The notes below the pieces were generated by a model that had not been told where the DNA came from, searched no databases, and was given only the letters and a program-made list of their open reading frames with translations. Positions 16,174 through 26,328 of a DNA stretch of 64,000 bases are shown here, piece by piece. This DNA is from Novakomyces olei (taxonomy: Eukaryota): the NCBI GenBank assembly GCA_016906335.1, contig JADEYG010000001.1, positions 372,001-436,000 of the forward strand. Direction: 5' to 3'. The translations under genes and the position numbers were made by a program. The number at the start of each line of letters is the position of its first letter. Position 1 is the stretch's first letter.

Positions 16174-17445
16174 ATGATTGCAATTCTCCTTTTGCTGAGT
16201 GCTCTCCACTTTTCTGTTACTTCGGCCATCGATTACTCTGCGCCTTACAGCAGATTTAATTATACGCGTTTCAACTATACAGGCTATAATTACACAAACG
16301 CCAATTATAGTGGTGGCTACAACAATTCTCAAGCTTTGGACGCGTTTGAAAAAATCACAATTTCGGCGCAAGGCATCAATGCCTCTTTTATTCCGTACGG
16401 AGCGCGTTTAACAAACTTATACGTGCCGGATGTTAATGGCTCATGGCGCGATGTCGCCCTCGGGTACGATGAAGGAGAGCAGTACGTCAGCGATACAGAT
16501 ACTGTGCACACGTATTTCGGCGCAATCGTCGGTCGCTACGCCAACCGTATCCGTAATGGCAGCTTTCCCCTCGAAAGTGATAATAGGGCTTATAACCCTA
16601 GGGTTAATGTTTCAACAAACGAGAATGGCGGTGCTGATACCTTACACGGAGGCGACGTCGGCTACGACCAACGCAATTGGACAGTCGTCGCTTACACAGA
16701 GTCGAGTATTACATTTTACCTTTTTGACGGAGGCGGAACCGACTATGATGGGTTTCCCAACGTAGTGGCAAACTATGTCACGTACTCTGTTTCTGATTAT
16801 GGTACATGGACGTTTAGGGCAGTTTCTATTCCGCTCACTGGCAGCACGCCAATAATGCTCTCGAGCCATGCTTATTGGAACCTGGATGCCTTTACGCTCC
16901 CCACAGTACTCAATGAAACATTGCAGATGCCTTTTAGTCAGCGTTATATTCCGACCGACAATATTCTTGTGCCTAATGGGTCACTGGCAATCGTACAAGG
17001 CACAGCTAATGATTTTACACTGCCTAAAACCATCGGCTCCGATATTGAAAATGCGGATTGCGGGTTCAACTGCTCTGGTTATGATACTGCATTTATCATT
17101 GATCGTCCAGCAAGCTTTGCGCCTACTTCTGACTTGAATGTGTTAACCCTGAAATCTGCTCAACTTGGAATACAGCTTGAGGTTTCCACAAACCAAAAGG
17201 CGCTGCAAATTTACTCGTGCAATTCTATGAATGCAAGTATTCCTGTAAAGGCTTCGCAGAGTGCCAACTCCAATGGATCTTCGGCATTTGTTCAGCAATA
17301 CGGTTGCCTCGTAATCGAAGTCGAGCAGTGGATCGACGGAATCAATCAGCCACAATGGGGCCAGGCTGATTGGCAAGTATTTGATGTGGACACGGAGCCG
17401 GCTGTCGTTATGGCTACTTACCAATTTTCTACTTTTTCAGACTAA
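16174..17445 (+). CDS. Secreted aldose 1-epimerase (galactose mutarotase-like)
   Basis: Signal peptide; mutarotase motifs PYGARLTNL, DVALGYD, YFGAIVGRYANRI, LHGG, SSHAYWNL, GYDTAF, LQIYS, CLVIEVEQWIDGIN. Confidence 0.92.
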   Translation: MIAILLLLSALHFSVTSAIDYSAPYSRFNYTRFNYTGYNYTNANYSGGYNNSQALDAFEKITISAQGINASFIPYGARLTNLYVPDVNGSWRDVALGYDEGEQYVSDTDTVHTYFGAIVGRYANRIRNGSFPLESDNRAYNPRVNVSTNENGGADTLHGGDVGYDQRNWTVVAYTESSITFYLFDGGGTDYDGFPNVVANYVTYSVSDYGTWTFRAVSIPLTGSTPIMLSSHAYWNLDAFTLPTVLNETLQMPFSQRYIPTDNILVPNGSLAIVQGTANDFTLPKTIGSDIENADCGFNCSGYDTAFIIDRPASFAPTSDLNVLTLKSAQLGIQLEVSTNQKALQIYSCNSMNASIPVKASQSANSNGSSAFVQQYGCLVIEVEQWIDGINQPQWGQADWQVFDVDTEPAVVMATYQFSTFSD

Positions 17446-18604
17446 GAGCTGTACGGGTGCTGTTTACTTGCCGCGTTTGGAGTGATACGCTTACCCGAGA
17501 TTTTTATATGGAACGAGGCCAGGTAGTCAGGTAATGAACCTGAATGAAAAATAAATTATATCAATGCATTTCGTTAAATATTCAGTCACATTTCCTACGG
17601 AATACGGGATACACTTGACACCTCCCTTTATATATTATATAGTTCATAATTCAAATAATTGGATATCTCAAACTTACTGTGGGCACAATATAACTGTCAT
17701 CAGTGTGATCTTATCAAATAAACTTTAGCCATGACTCATGCTGCTGGATGTCCAAATATGAAGTATCAGGCAAGAGCATTAAGCAATAATGTCCAAGTCC
17801 AAAATTAATCTGCCGTTTGAACTTATCGAGAGACACGTTTTGTTTGGGATTGCCATCACTATCATTATCACTAATTTTCTTTTGACTTATATTATTATTA
17901 GTATTCATCGCTGAAAGATAAAATCCAGTAAACTGTATAAGATTTGCTAAATTAATATGGACGTAATAAGCGCCTGGAAATTAAACTACCTCACATCTGT
18001 GCTTTATCAGCTCTTGTGCCTTCAATTTATGTATAATAATATCTCTTGTATGGCAGACCACTCTTTTCGTTTCTTGATCACAGAAACAGACCACAGGATT
18101 TGCCGCTATTACCCGATTAGTTATACTAATAACGTATTTATTCCAGCATATATTAAAAGTAATGTAATTATTAAAGCTACCATATTGGGAAGTCTGAAAA
18201 CGCGACCTTTAATTAAAAGAGTCGCAAATCCGTGATCTTGGGTCACGTGGCCGTGGTCACAAGACAGCAATATCAACTGCAGACGCGACTATTTGTATAA
18301 TATCTACACTAAATGAGAGAAAGCAAATAAAAGGCCTCTTAATTAAGCATGAATAGTTTGGACGCAGAAAAGAGCCGATATTATGCAGGTGAAACGAAAA
18401 CACCCTCAAAGAAAAAGACGTTAAATTTAATGAAACCGAAGAAAAAAAGGTGCTCATTTTCATTTCTGATCAGATTTGTCATGGGGCCTGATAAATATAT
18501 ATGCTAACATCATCGTACCTCTTCGTGCTCTTTGCCATTCACAATTGCGGTCGCGTGAGAGAACGGACTATCAAAATATCTTGAGAGCCAAACATCGCGG
18601 CGAT

Positions 18605-20069
18605 ATGTTTTACAAGTCTCTGTACAAATTTGGATGGTATGACATTCACAAACCTCAGCGCGTGGTAAAATCGGAAAATATGAGATTACAAAGGAGAAAA
18701 AGAAAAGAACAATAAGAGTTCATCGAGAGATACAAAAGAAAAAAAAAGTGGAGAATAGAGAAGATGCGCTCGACCACGAGGACATAACATGCCATTGAAA
18801 ACACAAAAATTAGAGAACTCATTGACTAATATTTGTAGCGAATCTTGTATTCGTGGCCACCGTGGTCCACAGTGCAGCCATTTGCATCGACCTTTATTTT
18901 ATATAAGACCAACAGGGCGACCACAAGGCTCGAGGTAAGACCAAAAATCAATGAGCGACGAAACTGCAGATTGGCAATTAAGGAAATAATAAACCAATTG
19001 AATCTCGTAAAAAATTGAATATGAAATCATCAGCAGCAGCAAGTGATGACTAAAAATGATAATGCCACAGACGACAACACAATGAAATGAAACAGGTTTT
19101 ACTAACTTATCAAGATACAGAGAGCCCTTTGAGGAAGACGTGCCACATTCACTTATTTGTGAAAGCGACGGCGAGGAGCAGATTGTGCCGTTTGAAACAA
19201 CCGACAGCGACGGCCTTGCCATTCCTTCGCCCGTCAAAGCCCAGCGTGCCCAGCGAGCCCAGCGAGCAAAACGTGAGATGAAGCGAACTCGGAAAACAAA
19301 ATTTCGGATGCCATACTACGGCTACGAATCTGTTTCTCCAACCCCTAGCAAAGTCAAGGAAGAAGATTCAGAACAAGCATATAGTGAAAATGAGCACAGT
19401 GTCAAGGACGAGGAAGACAAAGATAAAGAAAACGTGCGCGCCCAAACGTTGGAAAAGAAAGTCAAAAAGACTAAGAAAAGGAAAGCATCAAAGTCTACGT
19501 CAGAGAAAGAACGAAAATATTCTGCCAAAAAATTACATACAGAAAGCTCCACTGCAGATGGATCAAATTCCGCGCCTGAATCGGCTCACAGTAGCGATAA
19601 AAAAGAAAATCGTGAAGAGCAGCATTCTGAAAACTCAAACCTTTGGGAGAATGAAGAAATGGAACAGCAGTTCGAAAGTGAGTATAAGGCAGTTATGCAT
19701 CAAGAGCAGAATCATTCTAGTATCGATCCGGCAGAAATCATGAAACCTTCTCATTGCAACGAGCGAACAATTACTGAAGCCTTTGCCTCTGAGCATAAGT
19801 GGTACGAAGGAATAAAGGATGCAATGCACCCACAAAGAGATCCGCCTATCTTCATATGCAATGATGATCTCGATTCAGAAACTTCGGTGTTAGCAGACAC
19901 GATACTTACCGAGTCTCCCGCAGACATATCGATGGGGTCGCCAACAAGTTTGACTAACTGCAACGATCAAAATTTGGATGACGAGCTGAAACGAAAATCA
20001 ATGGGCTTAAGTTTGGATTATTATATCGCCAGTTACACTGAGGAAAGTTTGTTTGACATGGATAGTTGA
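18605..20069 (+). CDS. Second copper-fist DNA-binding protein (divergent paralogue), 3 exons
   Basis: Exons 18605-18636, 18839-18934 and about 19115-20069 give [54 protein letters not shown]..., in frame with the 19140-20069 ORF. Donors GTATGA and GTAAGA, branch sites GACTAAT and TACTAAC. Confidence 0.8.
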
Positions 20070-20114
20070 GGCGCTTGGTATTTCGGTTCATATTAAAATA
20101 ATTTGATATTAAAA

Positions 20115-20396
20115 TATAAATATAAATATAAATATAAATATAAATATAAATATAAATATAAATATAAATATAAATATAAATATAAATATAAATATAAATA
20201 TAAATATAAATATAAATATAAATATAAATATAAATATAAATATAAATATAAATATAAATATAAATATAAATATAAATATAAATATAAATATAAATATAAA
20301 TATAAATATAAATATAAATATAAATATAAATATAAATATAAATATAAATATAAATATAAATATAAATATAAATATAAATATAAATATAAATATAAA
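20115..20396. repeat. (TATAAA)n hexanucleotide array, 47 copies
   Basis: Perfect 282-bp array read directly, between the copper-fist paralogue stop and the siderophore transporter promoter. Confidence 0.97.
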
Positions 20397-20739
20397 TGCC
20401 CTCTTGGTAAAAGAACTGAATTTAAGCATACAAAGAAATCCAGTCCCCATAGATCTAGACATTTGTTTAAACTATATGGCCATGCGGGAACGGAATGGAT
20501 TTCAATCAAGGACAATTGCGAACTAGCAAGATGAATAATCGAGCTGTAACGCAGGGACGTAAATTCATGCTTCAGACAAGTAATACTGCACAAAATACTT
20601 GACCTACCCTAGCGTTGGGTTGCCTCATTATCTCCGCCAATGAGCTTGCGTCCCGAGCACCCCATTTACTCTTTTTCTCAAAATTGTGGTCGATATCAGA
20701 TGATATTTGAGATCTCGAATTCTTATTGGACGATGCGGA

Positions 20740-20748
20740 ATCAGATAA
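20740..20748 (+). promoter_or_regulatory. Iron-responsive GATA repressor site (ATCAGATAA; SreA/Fep1/Urbs1 type)
   Basis: Exact ATCWGATAA about 170 bp upstream of the siderophore transporter ATG; a related ATCAGATGA lies at about 20695. Confidence 0.6.
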
Positions 20749-20914
20749 CCGGTCTTCTCCAATTATTGGCCGTGTGTAATTAAAGAGTTTTATCGCGTTT
20801 CTTCGCCTGGCGATATATATAAATATTCAAACAGATTAAAAATCAAATTATTGAAAATATATTCTGAAAAACAGGCTGAAAAGACAAAGCCATAGCGTTT
20901 TGCATCACGCAAGC

Positions 20915-23127
20915 ATGTCTATTACCACACAAGAAAATGTGCCAGTTGACTCGGTCGTCAAAGAGACCGTTTCGTTGAAGACATTGAACGGAAATTTAGA
21001 GGAAAGGCCAGTAAATGAAACCGAGAGCAGAGACAGCAACCTGCCAAACGATGAATTCCAGACGGGAGTACAAGTGGCCGAAGCAATTGCACTATCTTGG
21101 GGAAAAACATCCGTTGCCATTGTGTACTTATGGTAGGATATTTACGTCTTATCGTTGTTTTCGTATATTTTATCCTTTGCCTTCCTTTTTTTCCCTATCA
21201 TGCAACGCTCAACGCTGTCATTTTTATATTCATTTCCTGTTGCTAGATCATATCTTTAACGATGTAATTCGAGTCCAGTCTTCGGCTCAAGCGATTAATA
21301 AATCTGTTTTGCTAATTAGCTAGCATGTTCCTTATGTATTTCTTAAATGCAATGGAAGCTCAACTAACGGCCAATTTGTCCCCTTATATTTTGAGTGGGT
21401 TCGAAGAGCACTCGCTCGTGACTGTGATTGGGATTGTCACATCTGTCATGTCTGCTGCCACTTATATGCCAGTCGCAAAAATTGCAAATTTATGGGATCG
21501 AGCCACGAGCTTTGTTGTTATGGCGCTTTTTGCCGTACTCGGAATGATTCTGTCCGCAACATGCAGCAATTTAGCCATTTATTGTGCGGCTCAAGTAAGG
21601 AAGCATCACCTATCGTTATTGAAAACCGTTTATTTACGTTTGCTTACTTTATTCTTCGTAATTGCTCGTTTCTAAGTTTATTTAGGTATTTTATTCGATT
21701 GGATTTGTGGGAATGATCTTCAGTATTGATATAATCACGTCAGATACGTCTTCTTTGCGCGATCGTGGCCTTGCTTTTGCATTTACCTCTTCACCATACA
21801 TGATCACTGCTTTTGCTGGTCCAAAAGCAGCAGAAGGGTTCTATGCGTCGAATTGGCGATGGGCTTATGGCACTTTTGCTATTGTAATCCCCGTGGCCGC
21901 AGCGCCATTAGTCTTCACGCTTTGCATTGGAAAGGCTAAAGCAAAGAAGAAGGGTTTGATCAAGGAAAAAGTATCGAGTGGCCGTACATTTTTTCAGAAC
22001 ATGAAATATTATGCTATCGAGTTTGACCGTAAGCCTCTTTTGTTTACTCAAAACTCTTTGTCTTTTTAATTATTTGTGGTCATTATCTTTTGATTTTAAA
22101 ATGAAAATTGGAGCCAAGATCAAGGCCATATTCTATTGACGATTTAAATCATCTCTCTGTCGATCAATTGTTCATTATCAGTATTGACAACACAGTATTT
22201 GGCATTATATTGTTAGCTGCCGGCATGGTTCTTTTTCTGTTATCATTTACGCTGGCAAACTCTGCTGCTGAGCAATGGCGATCTGCTCACATTATCGTCA
22301 TGATGGTCGTCGGCTTTTGCTGCCTTGTTGCCTTTGGTATCTTTGAGAAAATGGCCGCCCCAAAACCATTTTTGCCCTACAACCTCCTGCTGAACCGTAC
22401 CGTTATCGGAGCTTGCTTGATTGATTTCACTTATCAGATCGCCTATTATTGCTGGAGCAGTTACTTTACCTCTTACCTTCAAGTTGTTTACAACACTTCC
22501 ATTGCTACTGCAGGGTACATTAGCAGTACCTTTGACGTCGTTTCCGGGGTTTGGCTGCTTATTGTCGGGTACTCTATCCGCCGAACTGGTAGATTCAAGT
22601 GGCTGCTCTACTTTTCAGTACCACTTTACTTGCTAGGCTCCGGGCTAATGATCCATTTCCGTGAGCCTGGACACCGCCTGGGCTACATTGTAATGTGCCA
22701 GATCTTTATAGCCGTTGGCGGTGGTACTATTATCATTGTCGAACAAGTAGCAATCATGGCCGTTTCTGATCACAATGATGTAGCTGCCGTTCTTGCTCTG
22801 CTCGGACTTGTCGGATACCTTGGAGGTGCGGTAGGCAACAGTATCTCTGGAGCAGTTTGGACAAATGTGTTCCCCACACAATTGCAGCAGAGACTGCCTG
22901 CTGATGTTGTCGGTGACTGGGAAACGATATACGAGTCATTGGATCAACAGTTGAGTTATCCTGTTGGTAGCGCTGCCCGCCAAGCAATTGTGGAAGCCTA
23001 CGCTTTTGCTCAGGAGCGGATGCTTATTGCCGGGACTACAGTGATGGCACTTTCATTGGTTTGGATGATGGTACTTCGTAACGTCAACGTTAGCGGTATC
23101 GACCAAGTCAAGGGTGTTTTGTTTTAA
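20915..23127 (+). CDS. mirB: Siderophore-iron transporter, MFS SIT family (MirB/Str/Arn-like), 4 exons
   Basis: Exons 20915-21132, 21324-21594, 21686-22028 and 22196-23127. Motifs GVQVAEAIALSW, FEEHSL, DTSSLRDRGLAFAFTSSPY, NWRWAYGTF, GGAVGNSISGAVWTN, LSYPVGSAARQAIVEAY. Subfamily assignment is from recall. Confidence 0.88.
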
Positions 23128-23394
23128 GCATGCAACCGCGTGCGTGCAAACGTATTGCGTGACAGAATTTGTGAATAGTAACTAGTACATTGTGACAAAC
23201 ATGCATTATTATCCTCAAATCAAGACTCTAGCTGTGGCATAGGTCCAGGCCAATTGGACACAAAGTAAGTGTAGGGCGCAGCAAAAGGCAAAAGAGCGCG
23301 TAAAGTGTTTCATCATTGATTAGTTGTAGCAACTAATGTATGAAGCAATTGTATAGAGCAAATGGTTATAGGGAAACCCAAACTTAATTTAGGT

Positions 23395-23412
23395 TTAGGG
23401 TTAGCTAGGGTT
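23395..23412. promoter_or_regulatory. Telobox-like dimer TTAGGGTTAGCTAGGGTT
   Basis: Reverse complement of the 18-mer at 26150/58972 with one mismatch; intergenic upstream of FRE7. Confidence 0.5.
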
Positions 23413-24057
23413 TGCTATGGTTTAGTTTGGTAAACCCCGGTTAGCTGAAGCAAGAATACATATATAAATAGCGCGAATGTATTCGCTACCTAAAAGTACA
23501 CTGTTATTTCTGTTAATTTACACACATATATTGTGTTTGCTATGTGCGTTTTATTCATTCATATCTTGATGTCTTTTGATTGACATCCTTATATTTGTGT
23601 ACTATGTACTAATATTCATATCTTATATTAAAATTCCTTTTCATATATGTTAATTCGTATCCTGACAAGTAATACCAGACCTATCGCGCGTACGCGAGCA
23701 ATCAAAAATCCCGCGATAATAACGCAAATTACGCCCTATAGGGTAATCATTGAGCCTTTTTCGTTTTTGGGGCGAATCAGTAGAGAATCCAGCGGTAATG
23801 GATCTCGTAATATTTGAGTTAAAAGGACTCTTTATTCCAAAGACCAGGTTTATGGTTGTCCGTGAACGTATGCGTTTTTGACCTTGTGCCTGGCGTTTTA
23901 GATCAATTGTTTTAGGCTTTTGCCCAATTTTTGATTGCAATTGCGCATTGCTGATTCGCTTGACAATTAGGCTGATTTGTCAGATCAGAGACAGACGAGT
24001 GGGAATTGTACCAATTACACTGATCAGTGCTTTGTACAATTAAGAGCAAGCGTTTAG

Positions 24058-24130
24058 TCTTTTGATCAATAATCTTTTGATCAATAATCTTTGGATCAAT
24101 ATTCTTTTGATCAATAATCTTTTGGTCGAT
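24058..24130. repeat. 15-bp tandem repeat TCTTTTGATCAATAA, about 5 copies, in the FRE7 core promoter
   Basis: Direct read; ends about 14 bp before TATATAAA (24144) and 38 bp before the ATG. Confidence 0.9.
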
Positions 24131-24167
24131 TAAATCGCTTGATTATATAAAAGCGTCGCTACTCAAA

Positions 24168-25985
24168 ATGCATATGCACGGAATGGGCGGTGGCGTGAGC
24201 GGCCAAACGTTCATGGGTTTGGACTGTGTGGCCGACATGGACTCTCCCGATTACGAACGCTACGCTGACCAATCCCAGGCGACTGTGCCTTGGACGGCAC
24301 AGCCAGTTTATGCAAAATACACAATATATTTTGGAGTTACTGCAATTGCCCTATGCGCGGCAAAACACGTGCTGTACCGTATACGCGATACGCAATACCG
24401 TCAACGCGGTTATTGCCGAGGCGATTCTATTTGGCAGATTGTGGATTTCAATGCTGCGCTTTTCCGGTACTTTGGGTATATGCCGGTACCGGCGTTTGCC
24501 TGCCGTACTTTTGGTCTGCCTTCCTCCGCAGGCGCTTTTTACTTTATGCTGTCGGCCACGGTTTACCTGTTTTGCGTTTGCTTTATCCCACGTTTTTGGT
24601 ACCGCGCCTGTCGTGGGTTCGGATCCCCGCCTTTAGCAGTCCGGGCCGGATTAATGGCGACCGCACTGACGCCTTTTATATACATACTAGCGGGCAAATG
24701 GAACGTCATCTCTATTCTTACGGGAATGGTACACACAAAGTTGAATGTGATTCACCAGTTTGTTGGGCTGGCAACATTAATATTAGGCATTGTTCACGTT
24801 GTGCCTTTTATCTACCAGGATTTAGCAGAGAGCGGGGCGTCTGGGCTGCGGCAGAAGTTTTCAACTTTTTCATACTACAGTGGGATCCCACCGCTGATTT
24901 GTTTGGTGCTTCTCTGCTTACTCATGAACAGCAATTTCCGACGCTTCGCCTATGAATTGTGCGCTAGTCTGCATTGGATCCTGGCAATCGGTTATTTTGT
25001 CACTTTAATATGGCATATTGATTTCTTGCTCGGTGCCCAAGACTACATGTGGGGCACACTCGCCTTTTGGGCTTTCCAGTTGCTTTTTCGCTGCCTCACA
25101 CGCACTGCTTTCAGACCTGGCCTGATGTTTTTGAGGCCAAGAGTTGCACAGCTGACTCGGGCGGGTCCAAATGCCTTTACTATTGTCGTTCAGGGAGCTA
25201 CTTTTGCCTGCCAACCCGGCCAGCATTGCTATTTGCGGTTCCGCGGGGCCCGTTTAATGGAAAATCATCCTTTTTCTATTGCTGCTACTGCTGAACGGGA
25301 TACGGGAGACGGTGGGATGCGATTTGTAGTAGTAGCAAAACGCGGATTGACCCGGAAATTGCACGCAGAATTACAGGAGAATGTACCTCTCAAAAGAGGA
25401 GTTTATATGGATGGGCCTTATGGCGGTTGCCCCCGGGATATTTTTGCGTTTAATAAAGTAGTACTAGTGGCAACAGGAAGCGGTATAACGGCGATTTTAC
25501 CCTTTTTAATGGCTTTAGCGGAAGGCTGTACTCGGGACAAAAGTGTCCGAGTCTTGCAAAAAATTAGATTTATTTGGATCGTTAGATATGAGCAAGATGT
25601 CAGCTGGTTTGAGCGAGAAATCATTGATTGCCAGCGTAAAGCAGGCTCCATTGCTAATTGTGACATTTATGTATGTCGGGGAAAAATTCCGACAGAGCCA
25701 CCGGTCGTGGAAGAGGCAGATCCGGAACTGCAGCCGGCTGGAATAGAAAAGCCAGACACGATGGCGGCTGCAAGAGCAGAGCTGGATGTTACTACATGTC
25801 GGCCTAATATGAAGCATGCACTGGAAGAAGCGACCAGGAACCTGGGGCAGCGGAATTTGCTTGTTTCCTCCGGATCAAAGTCTATACAGAGCCTGTGCAG
25901 GGCCACCGCGTCACAACTGCAGATGCGTGTGATCCATGATCCTTTAGTTGACGAGGTTTACCTGCACACTGAGGATTTTTGCTAG
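24168..25985 (+). CDS. FRE7: Ferric/cupric reductase transmembrane component, FRE7 type
   Basis: 605-aa intronless ORF: GFGSPPLAVRAGLMA, heme-ligating His in TM helices, FAD motif HPFS, NADPH motifs DGPYGG and ATGSGITAILPF, terminal YLHTEDF. The N-terminus (CVADMDS..Y...SQATVPW..Q..YAKY) recalls S. cerevisiae Fre7. Confidence 0.88.
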   Translation: MHMHGMGGGVSGQTFMGLDCVADMDSPDYERYADQSQATVPWTAQPVYAKYTIYFGVTAIALCAAKHVLYRIRDTQYRQRGYCRGDSIWQIVDFNAALFRYFGYMPVPAFACRTFGLPSSAGAFYFMLSATVYLFCVCFIPRFWYRACRGFGSPPLAVRAGLMATALTPFIYILAGKWNVISILTGMVHTKLNVIHQFVGLATLILGIVHVVPFIYQDLAESGASGLRQKFSTFSYYSGIPPLICLVLLCLLMNSNFRRFAYELCASLHWILAIGYFVTLIWHIDFLLGAQDYMWGTLAFWAFQLLFRCLTRTAFRPGLMFLRPRVAQLTRAGPNAFTIVVQGATFACQPGQHCYLRFRGARLMENHPFSIAATAERDTGDGGMRFVVVAKRGLTRKLHAELQENVPLKRGVYMDGPYGGCPRDIFAFNKVVLVATGSGITAILPFLMALAEGCTRDKSVRVLQKIRFIWIVRYEQDVSWFEREIIDCQRKAGSIANCDIYVCRGKIPTEPPVVEEADPELQPAGIEKPDTMAAARAELDVTTCRPNMKHALEEATRNLGQRNLLVSSGSKSIQSLCRATASQLQMRVIHDPLVDEVYLHTEDFC

Positions 25986-26149
25986 ATTTTTGGTTATTTT
26001 TGGAGTGTACGTTTTGCATGGTGTAAATAATAGAGTTGGTGATGATAGACTGACCACATAGTATCGAAATAGATAAATTTAAAGTAAAGTATTAGTATAC
26101 CAATTATAATAGCCCCTTTTGTGCTGTTATCCTATATATTTAATACACC

Positions 26150-26167
26150 AACCCTAACTAACCCTAA
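26150..26167. promoter_or_regulatory. Telobox-like dimer AACCCTAACTAACCCTAA upstream of PMR1
   Basis: Identical 18-mer at 58972-58989; about 160 bp upstream of the PMR1 ATG. Confidence 0.55.
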
Positions 26168-26328
26168 TTGTTTACTCTGATCCCCATGCATAAGAAAAGG
26201 CAAAAGCTAGTATACGCCAATATACAGCCACAGCTTGACGCAACGCAAATTCTGCGCGTCGACTGGATTCTGGACACGTTGTTCACACTGTATATGCGCC
26301 GCGTTGTAGCATGAACAGTCTGTGAGAA

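Noticed and set aside
17500-18470. Short ORFs between the mutarotase and the second copper-fist gene
   Set aside because: AT-rich, no domain signal or consistent splice model.
20093-20593. ORFs encoding (YK)n, (YL)n and (IF)n
   Set aside because: Artefacts of the stop-free TATAAA array.
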